Source of the DNA: Coleofasciculus chthonoplastes F2-STO-03
GTDB lineage: Bacteria > Cyanobacteriota > Cyanobacteriia > Cyanobacteriales > Coleofasciculaceae
Direction of reading: 5' to 3'
Assembly: GCA_040222015.1 (NCBI GenBank)
Contig: JAVJWO010000047.1
Location: 130,603 to 194,602 of the forward strand
DNA: 64,000 bases
Position 1 is the first letter of the stretch, and each line of letters begins with the position of its first letter. Shown here piece after piece: positions 46,844 to 57,147 of this stretch. A program made the position numbers and the translations under genes. Below the pieces are notes generated by a model that was not told the origin of the DNA, made no database searches, and worked only from the letters and a program-made list of their open reading frames with translations.

Positions 46844-49297
46844 CTAGGTATTGATATCAACAGCAAGTTCAACTCGATTTAATACAGGAGTATATATATC
46901 AACTTCAACCTCTGGGACTCGAATTGACACAATTAATGAATAACGAGCAGATTGCTGCCAACGATCTAAGTATTTTTTCTCTTTCCACCATCCACCAACT
47001 GGATAAACGGCGATCGCACCTCTTTGTGCCAGTTCAACAGCAGTGCCATTCCAGATATCCGAATGTATTGAACCTCGGTTTCTTAGCTTTGAACCGAGAA
47101 ACCAATTGTCACTCTCCGTTCTAGTCGTTGTGTTTTCCTCTTCTTCTCTAGCCGCTTTATTGATTCGTTTCCTAAAATCATCATGGCTTTCCAAGGGGCG
47201 TTTTACTTCAAACCGTAAGCCGTATGATGCATACCGATGACGCTGACCCCATCCGCGTTCCCCAGGATTTGGCTCAATGAAGTAAGAAAGAGTAACCTTT
47301 AGTTCCACGTTTGCTTCGCCCAAGCGCTCTAATTCTTCATGGGGCAAAGGTAAGCTGTGTAGCTTCATTTCTCTAGTTTTGATGGAGTTATTGTCTAGGT
47401 AAAACGGTTGAAGTTCATCTTCAATAATTAGCGTCAAATCATTGTTAGCACTTTGTAAGGCACGTTCTAAATTGGGAACACCATACCCATATCGCCGCAA
47501 GAGGGGATGCTTAGCTTTCTGAGTCGTTGCCGCTTGAAAACGTCTTTGCATCGCTGGAGTCCACTCCGCCGAGTGTACAATCAAGGCGCGTATTGTCTCT
47601 GGTAAATAAGTGGGTTTTTCCGACATGATACGTGCTGCCATGTAGCTAGCCAGCGCCGTAGCACAGCTTGTGTCTCTCATGGAATTGAACAACCGCAGAT
47701 TAGGACGGTAATTAGTTGTTAGCAGACACAGATCGTCAATGGCAATCGCTGGATTCTCACCATCAGATGCTAGGTTTCCACCCTCAAAAACAACATCTGG
47801 ACGAATGGGCCACTGATTATTCCAAGCCACAGAAGTCCGACTTCTGGGTGAAAGATCGCCTGCATGTGCTACCGCTTGCCAGCCAACATAAGTCGGATCA
47901 ATAATATTAATTTTTTCGGTGTACGCACCAACAATAAGTGGGTTCCAAGCTTGTCCAGGATTCTCAACTGGTGATACATCATTGAGGTCAAGATAGTCAG
48001 TAGCCATCATATCCTGACGAATGTTACCGACAGAAATGACCATGAGTCGTCGCCAATCATCTTCACCGAAGCATAACTGATCTATTGCGGCTGACCAAGA
48101 TGACGGAGTTCCTTGATTAGAGGGTACACTGGTTACTGCCATGCAAAAAACTCGACGCCGAGTCGGAGCCTGAATTTCGGGACGAGCCACAGCTTCCTGT
48201 GTAATTGCACCGTAAAGTTCAGGATCGTTCGGTTGGTTAGGTTGGAGTATTTTAACGGACTCCAGCCGATGCCTAAGTTTTACCTGATTAGAGGTTTGTA
48301 GTACATCTAATAAATCAGAATATAGCGCTAAGCCAGCCATCTGAGTACCGTGACCCCGGTTATCATGGACTCCCCAGCTAGGCTCGTAGGTATGCATATC
48401 ACTGGGATCTAGAGCTGGCTCAATGAGCGGATGGATTCGGGTGACTCCACTATCTAATAGACATAACGCGATCGCATGTTGACCTGGCTCAAGGATACGA
48501 TCCGCTACATCTCTAGCCCAACGTTCTTGTTCCATTGGACCCATGTCCAAAAACATTGATGGGGTATCTTTGGCAATACGCAGTTCTGCAACAGCATCCG
48601 AGTTTTTGATCAGCCTCGCCATTGCTTCTACATCAGCCATAGCTAGAACAACCTCCCGTTCTGGGAAGGAAATCGCGTGGGGTTTGGTTTGAATATTCAG
48701 GCGCTCAGTAATAATATTAAACGTTTCACGTTGGTCACGACGCAGCCAGACTTCCCACCAAACTTCTTGCCCATCTTGAGGAAAGAGGGTTGAATCGTCC
48801 GTAAACAGTGAGCGAACAGTACCAATCTCTACCGTTTCTAGTCGCGCAACCAATGCTTCATTCTTAGGCTTACCTTTTTTCGTTTCCTGATTACGGTATT
48901 GTTCCACTTTTGACCGAAAGTAGTCAGTGGCTGCTTCCGGTACAAATACCGTTGCTTTGACCACATCCTCCTGTTCAGCAGACTTCTGTACTGCCACAAG
49001 TTCAATCTTCTTTTGGCGATTTTCTAGTTTCTCAAACGCATTTGCCTGATCAGCCAGCACCTGAAATTCTAAATAAAAGCCCGGTTTACCCGTGGCTATT
49101 TCGGGTTCACGAGAGTCTAACTGCTGTTCAGCCTTAAGAAGGGATCGACCAATCGCTCGTGCTAACTCGTTAGCATGTCTTTCTCTATCGCGAGAGGGCG
49201 GTGGTGGAGTTGTTCCTGTACGTGGCGATGTATAGTTTTCGCTTTCACCACTATCAGGAAGATAGATATGAGGACGATCACGCGACTGATCAACCAT
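46844..49297 (-). CDS. ietS: S8 family subtilisin-like serine protease, IetS-like
   Basis: LLDSG (Asp), GHGT (His), ISVGN (oxyanion Asn), DTSCAT (Ser), RPDVVFEGGN, RALIVHSA, YGYG; 15 nt downstream of AAA gene. Confidence 0.88.
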   Translation of the reverse strand: MVDQSRDRPHIYLPDSGESENYTSPRTGTTPPPPSRDRERHANELARAIGRSLLKAEQQLDSREPEIATGKPGFYLEFQVLADQANAFEKLENRQKKIELVAVQKSAEQEDVVKATVFVPEAATDYFRSKVEQYRNQETKKGKPKNEALVARLETVEIGTVRSLFTDDSTLFPQDGQEVWWEVWLRRDQRETFNIITERLNIQTKPHAISFPEREVVLAMADVEAMARLIKNSDAVAELRIAKDTPSMFLDMGPMEQERWARDVADRILEPGQHAIALCLLDSGVTRIHPLIEPALDPSDMHTYEPSWGVHDNRGHGTQMAGLALYSDLLDVLQTSNQVKLRHRLESVKILQPNQPNDPELYGAITQEAVARPEIQAPTRRRVFCMAVTSVPSNQGTPSSWSAAIDQLCFGEDDWRRLMVISVGNIRQDMMATDYLDLNDVSPVENPGQAWNPLIVGAYTEKINIIDPTYVGWQAVAHAGDLSPRSRTSVAWNNQWPIRPDVVFEGGNLASDGENPAIAIDDLCLLTTNYRPNLRLFNSMRDTSCATALASYMAARIMSEKPTYLPETIRALIVHSAEWTPAMQRRFQAATTQKAKHPLLRRYGYGVPNLERALQSANNDLTLIIEDELQPFYLDNNSIKTREMKLHSLPLPHEELERLGEANVELKVTLSYFIEPNPGERGWGQRHRYASYGLRFEVKRPLESHDDFRKRINKAAREEEENTTTRTESDNWFLGSKLRNRGSIHSDIWNGTAVELAQRGAIAVYPVGGWWKEKKYLDRWQQSARYSLIVSIRVPEVEVDIYTPVLNRVELAVDINT

Positions 49298-49312
49298 TCG
49301 ATATTGAACTCC

Positions 49313-50299
49313 TTATTGCTCAAAGGTAATATCCTTTCGTTCCAGGATAGCCAAGATTAGGGTTTCTTCGCTGACTTGTTTGGTATTCGATAATATCGCT
49401 TGTTTTGCCGCTTCGTCTGTCGCTCTGACAATCTCAGCTTGAGTGAGTCCCTCGGCTGCGTCGATAATGCGTGACCAATCCTTCCATCCTATATCAAAGG
49501 TTACTAGCCGCATTCTTATCAGTTGGCGAATCATTTTTGCATTCGGCAGCTTGTACTTAATTACATCATCAAAGCGCCGAAAAAGGGCGTTGTCTAATAA
49601 GCTGGGATGGTTGGTTGCTGCAATAATAATGCTTTGGCTATTATCATTTTCCAAAAACATCAAAAAAGAATTGAGTATGCGCCGAATTTCTCCCACATCA
49701 TTTCCCGTCGTGCGCTGGGTGCCAATCGCATCAAATTCATCAAATAAATAGACTCCTTTGGTTACGCTCATGGCATCAAAAATAACTCTAAACCGACTAG
49801 CCGTTTCCCCCATAAATTTACCAATAATACTTTCGTAAAGTGTGGTAAAAAGCGGAAGGTGCAGCTCTCCAGCTAAAGCCGCAGCCGTCATTGTCTTCCC
49901 TGAGCCTGGTGGTCCGACAAACAGGAGTTTACGACGAGGTGACAAGTTATGTTCCCGCAACCGTTTTTGTTGCTTTTGTTCGGTTAAAATTCGTTTTAAT
50001 CGACTCTCTAGTTCAGGTTGCAGAATCATTTCAGATAACCGCGTCTCTGGATATCTCACGGATACTAGATTCGCCAGATCACCTTTGGGTTGAGCTAAGG
50101 GTATAATTCCAGGTGTTTGCTCTATCACAGACTTACGCTCTTTGGCTTGATCAATTAACTCTCTGATTTCTTGAGCTAACTTCCCATGTCCCAGCCTTGC
50201 TTCATAAGCTGCCATCTGTAGAGCAGCAGAATAGAACTGCCGATCCTCACCTTCCAGATGGCTCTTTAAAAGCGCTATAATGTGCCGAGCAGTGGACAT
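49313..50299 (-). CDS. ietA: AAA ATPase, IetA-like
   Basis: GPPGSGKT, FDEFD, AATNH, ALFRRFD; N-terminal ALQMAAYEARLGH; start MSTARH at 50299. Confidence 0.9.
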   Translation of the reverse strand: MSTARHIIALLKSHLEGEDRQFYSAALQMAAYEARLGHGKLAQEIRELIDQAKERKSVIEQTPGIIPLAQPKGDLANLVSVRYPETRLSEMILQPELESRLKRILTEQKQQKRLREHNLSPRRKLLFVGPPGSGKTMTAAALAGELHLPLFTTLYESIIGKFMGETASRFRVIFDAMSVTKGVYLFDEFDAIGTQRTTGNDVGEIRRILNSFLMFLENDNSQSIIIAATNHPSLLDNALFRRFDDVIKYKLPNAKMIRQLIRMRLVTFDIGWKDWSRIIDAAEGLTQAEIVRATDEAAKQAILSNTKQVSEETLILAILERKDITFEQ

Positions 50300-50502
50300 G
50301 ATTGATCTTTGCTTTTTTCGTGGCAGTCTTAACTGTAGTACTATTACAATTTGAATGTTGGTCAGTTTAGCCGTTGTTATGGATGGCAAATTCCGCCTTG
50401 ACAAAAACTCCTCGGTAGGTCATGGTCACATCTAATCCAAAAAGTACACAAGCCGTAACTGCTCATCGGATTTAACTATATCGTTTTGCTGACCACTTCT
50501 AG

Positions 50503-50522
50503 TATAGTACAATTGCACTATA
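50503..50522. promoter_or_regulatory. Near-perfect palindrome TATAGTACAATTGCACTATA containing a LexA-like box
   Basis: AGTACAATTGCACT matches cyanobacterial RGTACNNNDGTWCB with one mismatch; ~200 bp upstream of ietA. Confidence 0.45.
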
Positions 50523-50564
50523 GTGATCCGCTTTGAATATGCTAGTGAGTCTTGCCCATCCACT

Positions 50565-50669
50565 GATAATCTGGATCAAAATGCGGCTGTGATTTACCCG
50601 ATTGGGTTAGGTGATCACTTGGCTGTGGTAGTTTCTTGAGATGATGCTGCACTGTGCCATTACGGGACA
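50565..50669 (+). pseudogene. Internal remnant of CHAT-domain protein
   Basis: DNLDQNAAVIYPIGLGDHLAVVVS*DDAALCHY resembles the AAVIYPII..DRL region preceding cyanobacterial CHAT domains; internal stop. Confidence 0.45.
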
Positions 50670-51071
50670 AGGCTATACTAAGGGAAAGACCCTGAATTGA
50701 TTCAATCAACTCCAATCAACGATTTTTAGATCAAGTGTATAGTTTAATTCCTTTGTATCAATTTAAAATCCATTTTTTAAGGATAGAATACTGTAGAATT
50801 AAGCATTAATGTGAAAATAATATTGTAAGTTTTGATTTCAAGATAAATACAAAATTGTTCCCTATACTCCAAAACTCACACCATGACTACTGAAACTCCT
50901 TTATCCCGTGGGTACTTTTTCCTTGGAGTCATCTGCCTTCTGCCTTCTCCTAAAAGGGGTTCGTTAACCTGGATTTAGTATAATCTCCCTATTCGCTAGC
51001 GATATCCTTTAAGAAGTCGGGGATCTAGTAGTAGTGTGAAAACAACCATTACCAAATTTCTTACTACGGTT

Positions 51072-52784
51072 ATGAGTAATCACGAGAAACTACGCCAACT
51101 TCTACTCCAACTTGACGACAAGAGCTACAAAGCCTACAAAGATATCAAGGGACGTTATCACTTTTCGGATTTCACCTTAATTGTCGATCGCGTCCAAGGT
51201 GATCCCTTTGCCAGTCCTAGTCATGTTCGGGTGCAACTGTCTCAAACTGTGGCGGATTTTCCCAAAACCCTTTACCAAAGTCGTAGTCGAGAAATCGCCT
51301 TACGGGATTACCTGACACGCCAGTTTGATGTAGTGGCGCGAGAGTTTAGTTCCCACCGGGGAACCGGGAATAGTGGACGGATTGCAATTATGTCTGTGGG
51401 ACAATCGGTAATTGAGCGCACGGCTGCATTTATCAATGATGAACTGGTAGAAGTGCGCTTTGTCGTCGGATTACCTGCACGGGGACGACGTATCTCTGGG
51501 CGTCAGGCGGCGGAAATGTTGTGTGAGGATATTCCAGAGATAGTAGATCAAGCGTTGAAATACGACTCTCTAGATGCGGTAGAGATTAAACAGCAGGTTG
51601 AAACCATCGAAGATGCAGACTGGCTGCGTAAACAGTTAGCTGAACGGGATTTAGTGGCATTTATTGCTGATGATGCCATTCTACCCCGACGCAGTGGCGT
51701 GGATGATCGCCCGTTAGAGGAAAATGCGTTACCCTTTCAATCCCCAGAAACCTTACGGGAAACCTTTAATTGTCCCAATCGGGGTGAGGTAACGGGGATG
51801 GGGATTCCAGCAGGAATTACCTTGATTGTCGGCGGTGGCTATCATGGCAAGTCTACCGTCTTGCGATCGCTCGAGGTGGGGGTCTATAATCACATTCCCG
51901 AAGATGGACGGGAATTGGTGGTGACTCAAGCCTCAGCCGTAAAAATTCGGGCAGAAGATGGGCGTAGTATTGCCAGTGTGGATATTTCGCCGTTTATTAA
52001 CCAATTACCTCAAGGTCGGTCTACTCGTCAATTTTCCACCGCCAATGCGAGTGGGAGTACCTCCCAGGCGGCGAATATTATTGAAGCGTTAGAAGCCAAT
52101 ACCCAGTTATTACTCGTGGATGAGGATACGGCGGCGACAAACTTTATGATTCGCGATCATCGGATGCAACAGTTGATTGCCAAAGACAAGGAACCGATTA
52201 CGCCGTTTATCGATAAGATACGCCAACTCTACACCGATTATGGAGTATCCACGATTGTAGTCATGGGGGGTAGTGGCGATTACTTCGATGTCGCCGATAC
52301 CGTCATCGCCATGGATAACTTCCAACCCTACGATGTTACCGAAAAAGCCCGTGCGATCGCGAAACAGTATCAAACGGAACGGATTCCCGAAGGCGGAAAA
52401 GAGTTTGGCGAGATTGCGCCACGTATTCCCTTACCCGAAAGCATTGACCCCAGTCGCGGTTCACGAGACGTTAAGCTGAAGGTGCGGGATGTGGATGAAG
52501 TTGTCTTTGGCAAAGAGGAAATTGATTTAGCCGCCGTTGAACAGATTGTGGAGAAAGGGCAATTACGGGCAATTGCTGAAGCGATTGTTTATGCCAAGCG
52601 ACACTATATTAATGGGCGAACTACAGTTACCGAAGTGCTAAATCGGATGATGGCAGATATTGAGTCTCAGGGATTAGACTTGCTGGGGAATTTACCAGAA
52701 GGAGACTTAGTTTTATTCCGGCGATTTGAGTTAGCAGCCGCCTTAAATCGATTGCGAACATTGCAGATAGGAGAGCATCATTAA
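51072..52784 (+). CDS. Predicted ATPase of the ABC class (ABC_ATPase family)
   Basis: VQGDPFASPS, ILPRRSG, GGGYHGKST, IRAEDGR, ASGSTSQAA, VDEDTAATNFMIRD. Confidence 0.88.
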   Translation: MSNHEKLRQLLLQLDDKSYKAYKDIKGRYHFSDFTLIVDRVQGDPFASPSHVRVQLSQTVADFPKTLYQSRSREIALRDYLTRQFDVVAREFSSHRGTGNSGRIAIMSVGQSVIERTAAFINDELVEVRFVVGLPARGRRISGRQAAEMLCEDIPEIVDQALKYDSLDAVEIKQQVETIEDADWLRKQLAERDLVAFIADDAILPRRSGVDDRPLEENALPFQSPETLRETFNCPNRGEVTGMGIPAGITLIVGGGYHGKSTVLRSLEVGVYNHIPEDGRELVVTQASAVKIRAEDGRSIASVDISPFINQLPQGRSTRQFSTANASGSTSQAANIIEALEANTQLLLVDEDTAATNFMIRDHRMQQLIAKDKEPITPFIDKIRQLYTDYGVSTIVVMGGSGDYFDVADTVIAMDNFQPYDVTEKARAIAKQYQTERIPEGGKEFGEIAPRIPLPESIDPSRGSRDVKLKVRDVDEVVFGKEEIDLAAVEQIVEKGQLRAIAEAIVYAKRHYINGRTTVTEVLNRMMADIESQGLDLLGNLPEGDLVLFRRFELAAALNRLRTLQIGEHH

Positions 52785-53148
52785 ATAAAGCCTTTGATCT
52801 AGATCTGACAAGTGAGGTATAACAAATATCTGACATCAGTTGCAATCGGCTTGGTGTAATCTGGGTTATGCATGCGGCATATTTTACCTCTCAAAACCTT
52901 GAGAAATGGTGTGTTACACTTAGCTCTCCTCACGATTGCGGATTGACACAGCTAAAATGATGGAATAGATTTTACGGTTAAATCGGGCGCACGTCGGTGG
53001 AGTAAAAGGGCGCACGTCGGTGCGCCCCTACGGTTCTAATCCATCACATTAGGTGTGCTACGCGGCGAAAAATTGGCTAACTGAGAATCGTGCAAGATGT
53101 GGGGTATAATCATCCCAGTCGTCAACTTGCTCCAGATTCTGCCCAACC

Positions 53149-53475
53149 ATGGCTCAATTAAAAATTGTTAACAATTTTGATGGCAGCTTTGTCCTTGAAC
53201 CAGACGCCCAAAACCATTTATTTAGCTTGTTGAAGGGTGAAGCATTCCGCCATCAAGTCGCGGGACAACTGCACTGCCAAGATTTGGAATTCACTGAGTT
53301 ACTGTTTCAACCGGTTCCCTATAGTGAAGGGACTCCCAAAGGGATGCCACGGGAGTTTGAACAGTATCACGAATCTGAAGATTACGCCATTATAAATGTC
53401 CCTCCTAACTTCATGTTCAAAGCCAAAATCTTCAACCCCAGCCGCCTCTGCGCGATTTATCGAAAAGTTGCCTAA
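53149..53475 (+). CDS. Hypothetical protein
   Basis: 108 aa ORF with ATG, closely coupled to the next gene. Confidence 0.65.
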   Translation: MAQLKIVNNFDGSFVLEPDAQNHLFSLLKGEAFRHQVAGQLHCQDLEFTELLFQPVPYSEGTPKGMPREFEQYHESEDYAIINVPPNFMFKAKIFNPSRLCAIYRKVA

Positions 53476-53484
53476 TTATTGCTG

Positions 53485-54024
53485 ATGAGTTCTGAAACGC
53501 CAATTCCTGCTCTCTGTGACCTAGAGTATATCCCCTATCTGGACGAGGAGGGTAATCTCCCGGAATCCTTATCCGGTAAAATCGGCGTCTATGCCATTTT
53601 TGACCAGGATAAAACTCTGCAACTGGTCAACTATTCTCGTGATATTTATGTCAGCTTAAAACAACACCTAGTCCGTCAGCCTCAATCCTGCTATTGGTTG
53701 AAAGTGGAAACCATTGAGCGCCCCAATCGCACTCGCTTGGAAACAATCCGCAAGGCTTGGATTGAAGAAAATGGAGAAATTCCGCCAGGGAATGGTCAAG
53801 ATGAAGCGATTTGGAATCATCCGATTGATGCGAAAAAGGCGATGACCGATGAGGATAAAGCCACCTATAACAAGAGTGAAGAATTAGGGAAAATTAAGCT
53901 GTTAAAGAAAATAGCGAGGCGCGTTGAAGCGGAAATAGTCGAACAGTTAAATGCCCGTGGTGTGCAAGCGGAGATTCGGTTTAATCCTAAGTTAAAAGAG
54001 CAGGGATTACTGGATTTAAAATAA
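53485..54024 (+). CDS. GIY-YIG-like cyanobacterial protein
   Basis: IGVYAIFD, YSRDI, SLKQHLVRQP, PPGN, W..PID. Confidence 0.8.
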   Translation: MSSETPIPALCDLEYIPYLDEEGNLPESLSGKIGVYAIFDQDKTLQLVNYSRDIYVSLKQHLVRQPQSCYWLKVETIERPNRTRLETIRKAWIEENGEIPPGNGQDEAIWNHPIDAKKAMTDEDKATYNKSEELGKIKLLKKIARRVEAEIVEQLNARGVQAEIRFNPKLKEQGLLDLK

Positions 54025-54268
54025 AAGTCTGGTTAGTGACTCGCCCAGAAAGCAGGTTTCTTCCTTAGCCTTGGCGATTTTCTGGGCGCACAACCTGCGC
54101 CCCTACAATTCTAATCCACAAAATTAGCTGTGCCACGCCACTACGATGGCGATGATACAGCATTTAATTTTTGATGAATAGAAGTAGAAACGAGACACCA
54201 GACGCAGAAGTTGCTTAAGATATCATAATTCATATTCATCATTCATAAACAGCTTGCCTAAATCGCTC

Positions 54269-56077
54269 ATGATGCCAACGCTGCTCAATAATCGCTATCG
54301 CATCCTCCAGACGCTGGGGGCAGGTGGGTTTGGGAATACCTTTCTCGCTGAAGATACTTACATGCCGTCGGGACGTAAGTGCGTGATTAAGCAGCTTAAA
54401 CCCATGACTCATGATCCCCAAACCTATCAGCAAGTAAAAGAGCGATTTCAGCGGGAAGCGGCGGTTTTAGAGGAGTTAGGTGAAAATAATCACCAAATTC
54501 CCCGATTATTTGCTTATTTTTCCGAATCTGGACAATTTTACTTGGTTCAGGAATGGATTGAAGGGGATACCCTGACTCAAATTGTAGAACGGGAAGGTCG
54601 GCTGAATGATGGTCAAGTCAAGGCAATTTTGTTGAGTCTGTTGCCTGTACTGGATTACGTCCACAGTTGTCACATTGTTCACCGGGATCTTAAACCGGAT
54701 AATGTGATTGTCAGGCGGCGAGACGGATTACCTGTGCTGATTGACTTTGGTGCCGTGAAAGAAGCGATTAAAACGGTTGTCCATTCCCAAGCTAACGCTA
54801 CCCCATCGATAGTCATTGGCACACCGGGGTTTATGGCAGCCGAACAAGCGGCAGGACGCCCTCGCTATGCTAGTGATCTGTATAGTTTGGGATTAATTGC
54901 TGTATTTTTGCTCACGGGTAAATTACCGCAAACCCTAGAAACCGATACCCGCACTGGCGAAATTTTATGGCGTCGGGATGCGCCGAATTGTCACTCCCAT
55001 TTAGCTACGGTGATTGATCAGGCGATTCGCTTCCATCCGCGCGATCGCTTTGCGGATGCCAAGGAAATGCTGGACGCTTTAAACGCCCATCCGACAACAA
55101 TCGCGACAGCTACACTATCCCTTTCTAATTCTGGCGAACCTGTCTCTTCTACCCGTAAGCCAGCCGTAGCCGTTCCGCCAACCGTTCCCATCCGCAGAAA
55201 ACCCCTACAAGTAGAGGAGGAACAACCCTCTCGGCGCTTCGGCGGTTTAATTGCTGGCGGCTTACTCCTAAGTGCTGTGGCGATTGGCTGGGGTTTAAAC
55301 CGTGTATTAGAACCATCCAATCGCATACCATCACCGCCAGAGTCAGTATCCGCCTCCTCTGAAAACACGCCTCTACCCTCACCGACAGCGACAACCCCAC
55401 CCTTATCTCTGCCAACGCCTTCGCCAAAACTGGTGAATCCAAAATCGCCAACACCCCTGCCCCCACCTGATCCCACATTCCGTATCCAAGAATCCCCAGA
55501 ACTCCTCCCTTCTCCAGATCCCCCCGCGCCCTTTGCCTCTGAACCTTCAGTATTACCCTCCCCCTCTCCTTCCCCGTCTCCTGTCACTTCCCCAACCCCC
55601 ACACCTTCACCCTCACCCTTATCTGTACCCGAAAACCACACCCCTAAACCGCCTCGATCGAATAAAATTCCTGGATTTATGCCAGGAACCCCACGAAAAG
55701 TGGTGGAAGCCGCCTTAGGTACACCCACCCAGCAAACCAAAGGGTTGTGGCATAATACCCAGGCATTGACCTATGAAGACTTTATTCGCGATCGCGTTAG
55801 TCTCGGTTATCTGTTTGACCACGATACTAAGCGTTTGCGCCAAACCGAGGTGGCATTTTCCCAATCTGTAGGATTAGAAACGATGGCAAACACTTTAGAT
55901 AAAATGCTCAGTCGCAATCTCTCACCAGACATTCGCCAGGGATTAACTCAGGTTTATCAGCGTCAATCCAATCGCTACCGTTTCACCAGCAACAACGGTT
56001 CTCCCTTGAAAGGAGTGATTGAACGCAATGAACGCGATCGCATTTATATTGGCGTGTGGGAAGCTGATTTGCATTAA
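54269..56077 (+). CDS. Membrane Ser/Thr protein kinase with Pro-rich extracytoplasmic linker
   Basis: LGAGGFG, VHRDLKPDN, DFG, GTPGFM, TM GLIAGGLLLSAVAIGW, (SP)n tract. Confidence 0.95.
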   Translation: MMPTLLNNRYRILQTLGAGGFGNTFLAEDTYMPSGRKCVIKQLKPMTHDPQTYQQVKERFQREAAVLEELGENNHQIPRLFAYFSESGQFYLVQEWIEGDTLTQIVEREGRLNDGQVKAILLSLLPVLDYVHSCHIVHRDLKPDNVIVRRRDGLPVLIDFGAVKEAIKTVVHSQANATPSIVIGTPGFMAAEQAAGRPRYASDLYSLGLIAVFLLTGKLPQTLETDTRTGEILWRRDAPNCHSHLATVIDQAIRFHPRDRFADAKEMLDALNAHPTTIATATLSLSNSGEPVSSTRKPAVAVPPTVPIRRKPLQVEEEQPSRRFGGLIAGGLLLSAVAIGWGLNRVLEPSNRIPSPPESVSASSENTPLPSPTATTPPLSLPTPSPKLVNPKSPTPLPPPDPTFRIQESPELLPSPDPPAPFASEPSVLPSPSPSPSPVTSPTPTPSPSPLSVPENHTPKPPRSNKIPGFMPGTPRKVVEAALGTPTQQTKGLWHNTQALTYEDFIRDRVSLGYLFDHDTKRLRQTEVAFSQSVGLETMANTLDKMLSRNLSPDIRQGLTQVYQRQSNRYRFTSNNGSPLKGVIERNERDRIYIGVWEADLH

Positions 56078-56223
56078 GTGTCATTTGTCATTCGTCATTC
56101 GTCATTGGTCATTCGTTCAATATTAGTAATGGGCGGGTTTAGTCACATCAGGGCGGGAAAAAAATGATAATAGTGAAACCCGCCCCTACTTCCCTTAACA
56201 ATTCACAATTCAAAATTCAACAC

Positions 56224-57147
56224 TCAAGCAGCCAGTATTTTGCTCCAACTTTGGGAACCAATAATACCATCAGCCGTGATCCCTTGTTGCTGTTGGAATC
56301 GTTTAACCGCAGCTGCTGTCCCTGAACCATATATTCCGTCAGGTGTCGCCCCAATACGACGTTGTAGATATTTCACCACAGCCCCTGTAGCATGATTTTC
56401 TCGCAAAACTGGCATGGCTAAGATTTGATTGATGATTTGCCAGGTTTTAGCATCAGCAGTACCTGTGGGTGTAACCCCAACAATCGCCTGAAAGGTTTTA
56501 AGTGCTGCTGTGGTATCCGCTTCGTTAGAACCGTCTTCGTTTAATGGTGTACCTTTGGGACTTCTGATTTTTAGCCGATTTAAGGCTTTCTGAAGCTCAA
56601 CAATTGAATCTGGAGAAGAGTAAGTCGTCATTGGTGCCATTTGTCCGGTTAATCCTTTGACAATTGCATTTGCCAAAGCTTCGGCATCGTAGCGATCCAT
56701 GTCCTCTTGATTATCGCAGAAACAGCACTCAACTAGAATCGCTGGCATTGCTGTATTTCGGAGAACGTACAAATGGGAACCATCTTTAATCCCGCGATTG
56801 AAGTAGCCTAACTCAACAATATTATCTAATACAGGTTTAGCCATATCCTTCCCTGTATTGCTGACGGCAAAGACTTCTGCGCCTTTAGCTTTGCCGTTAA
56901 AGGCATTAAAATGGATGGATACCAATTGATCGACACGATTGGTATTGGCGGTATTGCACCTTTGTTGTAGGGAGTTGCTGACACTCCAAGCGCGACTAGG
57001 TGTACAGTCTACGACTTGATGACCCAGGGATTTAAGCTTCGAGATTACTCTCGTTCCCACTGCCTTGGTCATATCATCTTCTTTTCTGATATTGCTCGCA
57101 CCAGTATCTGGATGGCAGTTATGTCCGATATCAATTCCGTATTTCAT
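56224..57147 (-). CDS. N-acetylmuramoyl-L-alanine amidase (Amidase_3) with PG-binding domains
   Basis: IDIGH, E, SIHFNA, LVECCF; C-terminal DGIYG/ADGIIG PG-binding repeats. Confidence 0.92.
   Translation of the reverse strand: MKYGIDIGHNCHPDTGASNIRKEDDMTKAVGTRVISKLKSLGHQVVDCTPSRAWSVSNSLQQRCNTANTNRVDQLVSIHFNAFNGKAKGAEVFAVSNTGKDMAKPVLDNIVELGYFNRGIKDGSHLYVLRNTAMPAILVECCFCDNQEDMDRYDAEALANAIVKGLTGQMAPMTTYSSPDSIVELQKALNRLKIRSPKGTPLNEDGSNEADTTAALKTFQAIVGVTPTGTADAKTWQIINQILAMPVLRENHATGAVVKYLQRRIGATPDGIYGSGTAAAVKRFQQQQGITADGIIGSQSWSKILAA

Noticed and set aside
55018..55740. 240-aa Gly/Glu-rich minus-strand ORF
   Set aside because: Antisense shadow of the Pro/Ser-rich kinase linker; the same applies to 37679..37969, 11601..11900 and 45674..45997.
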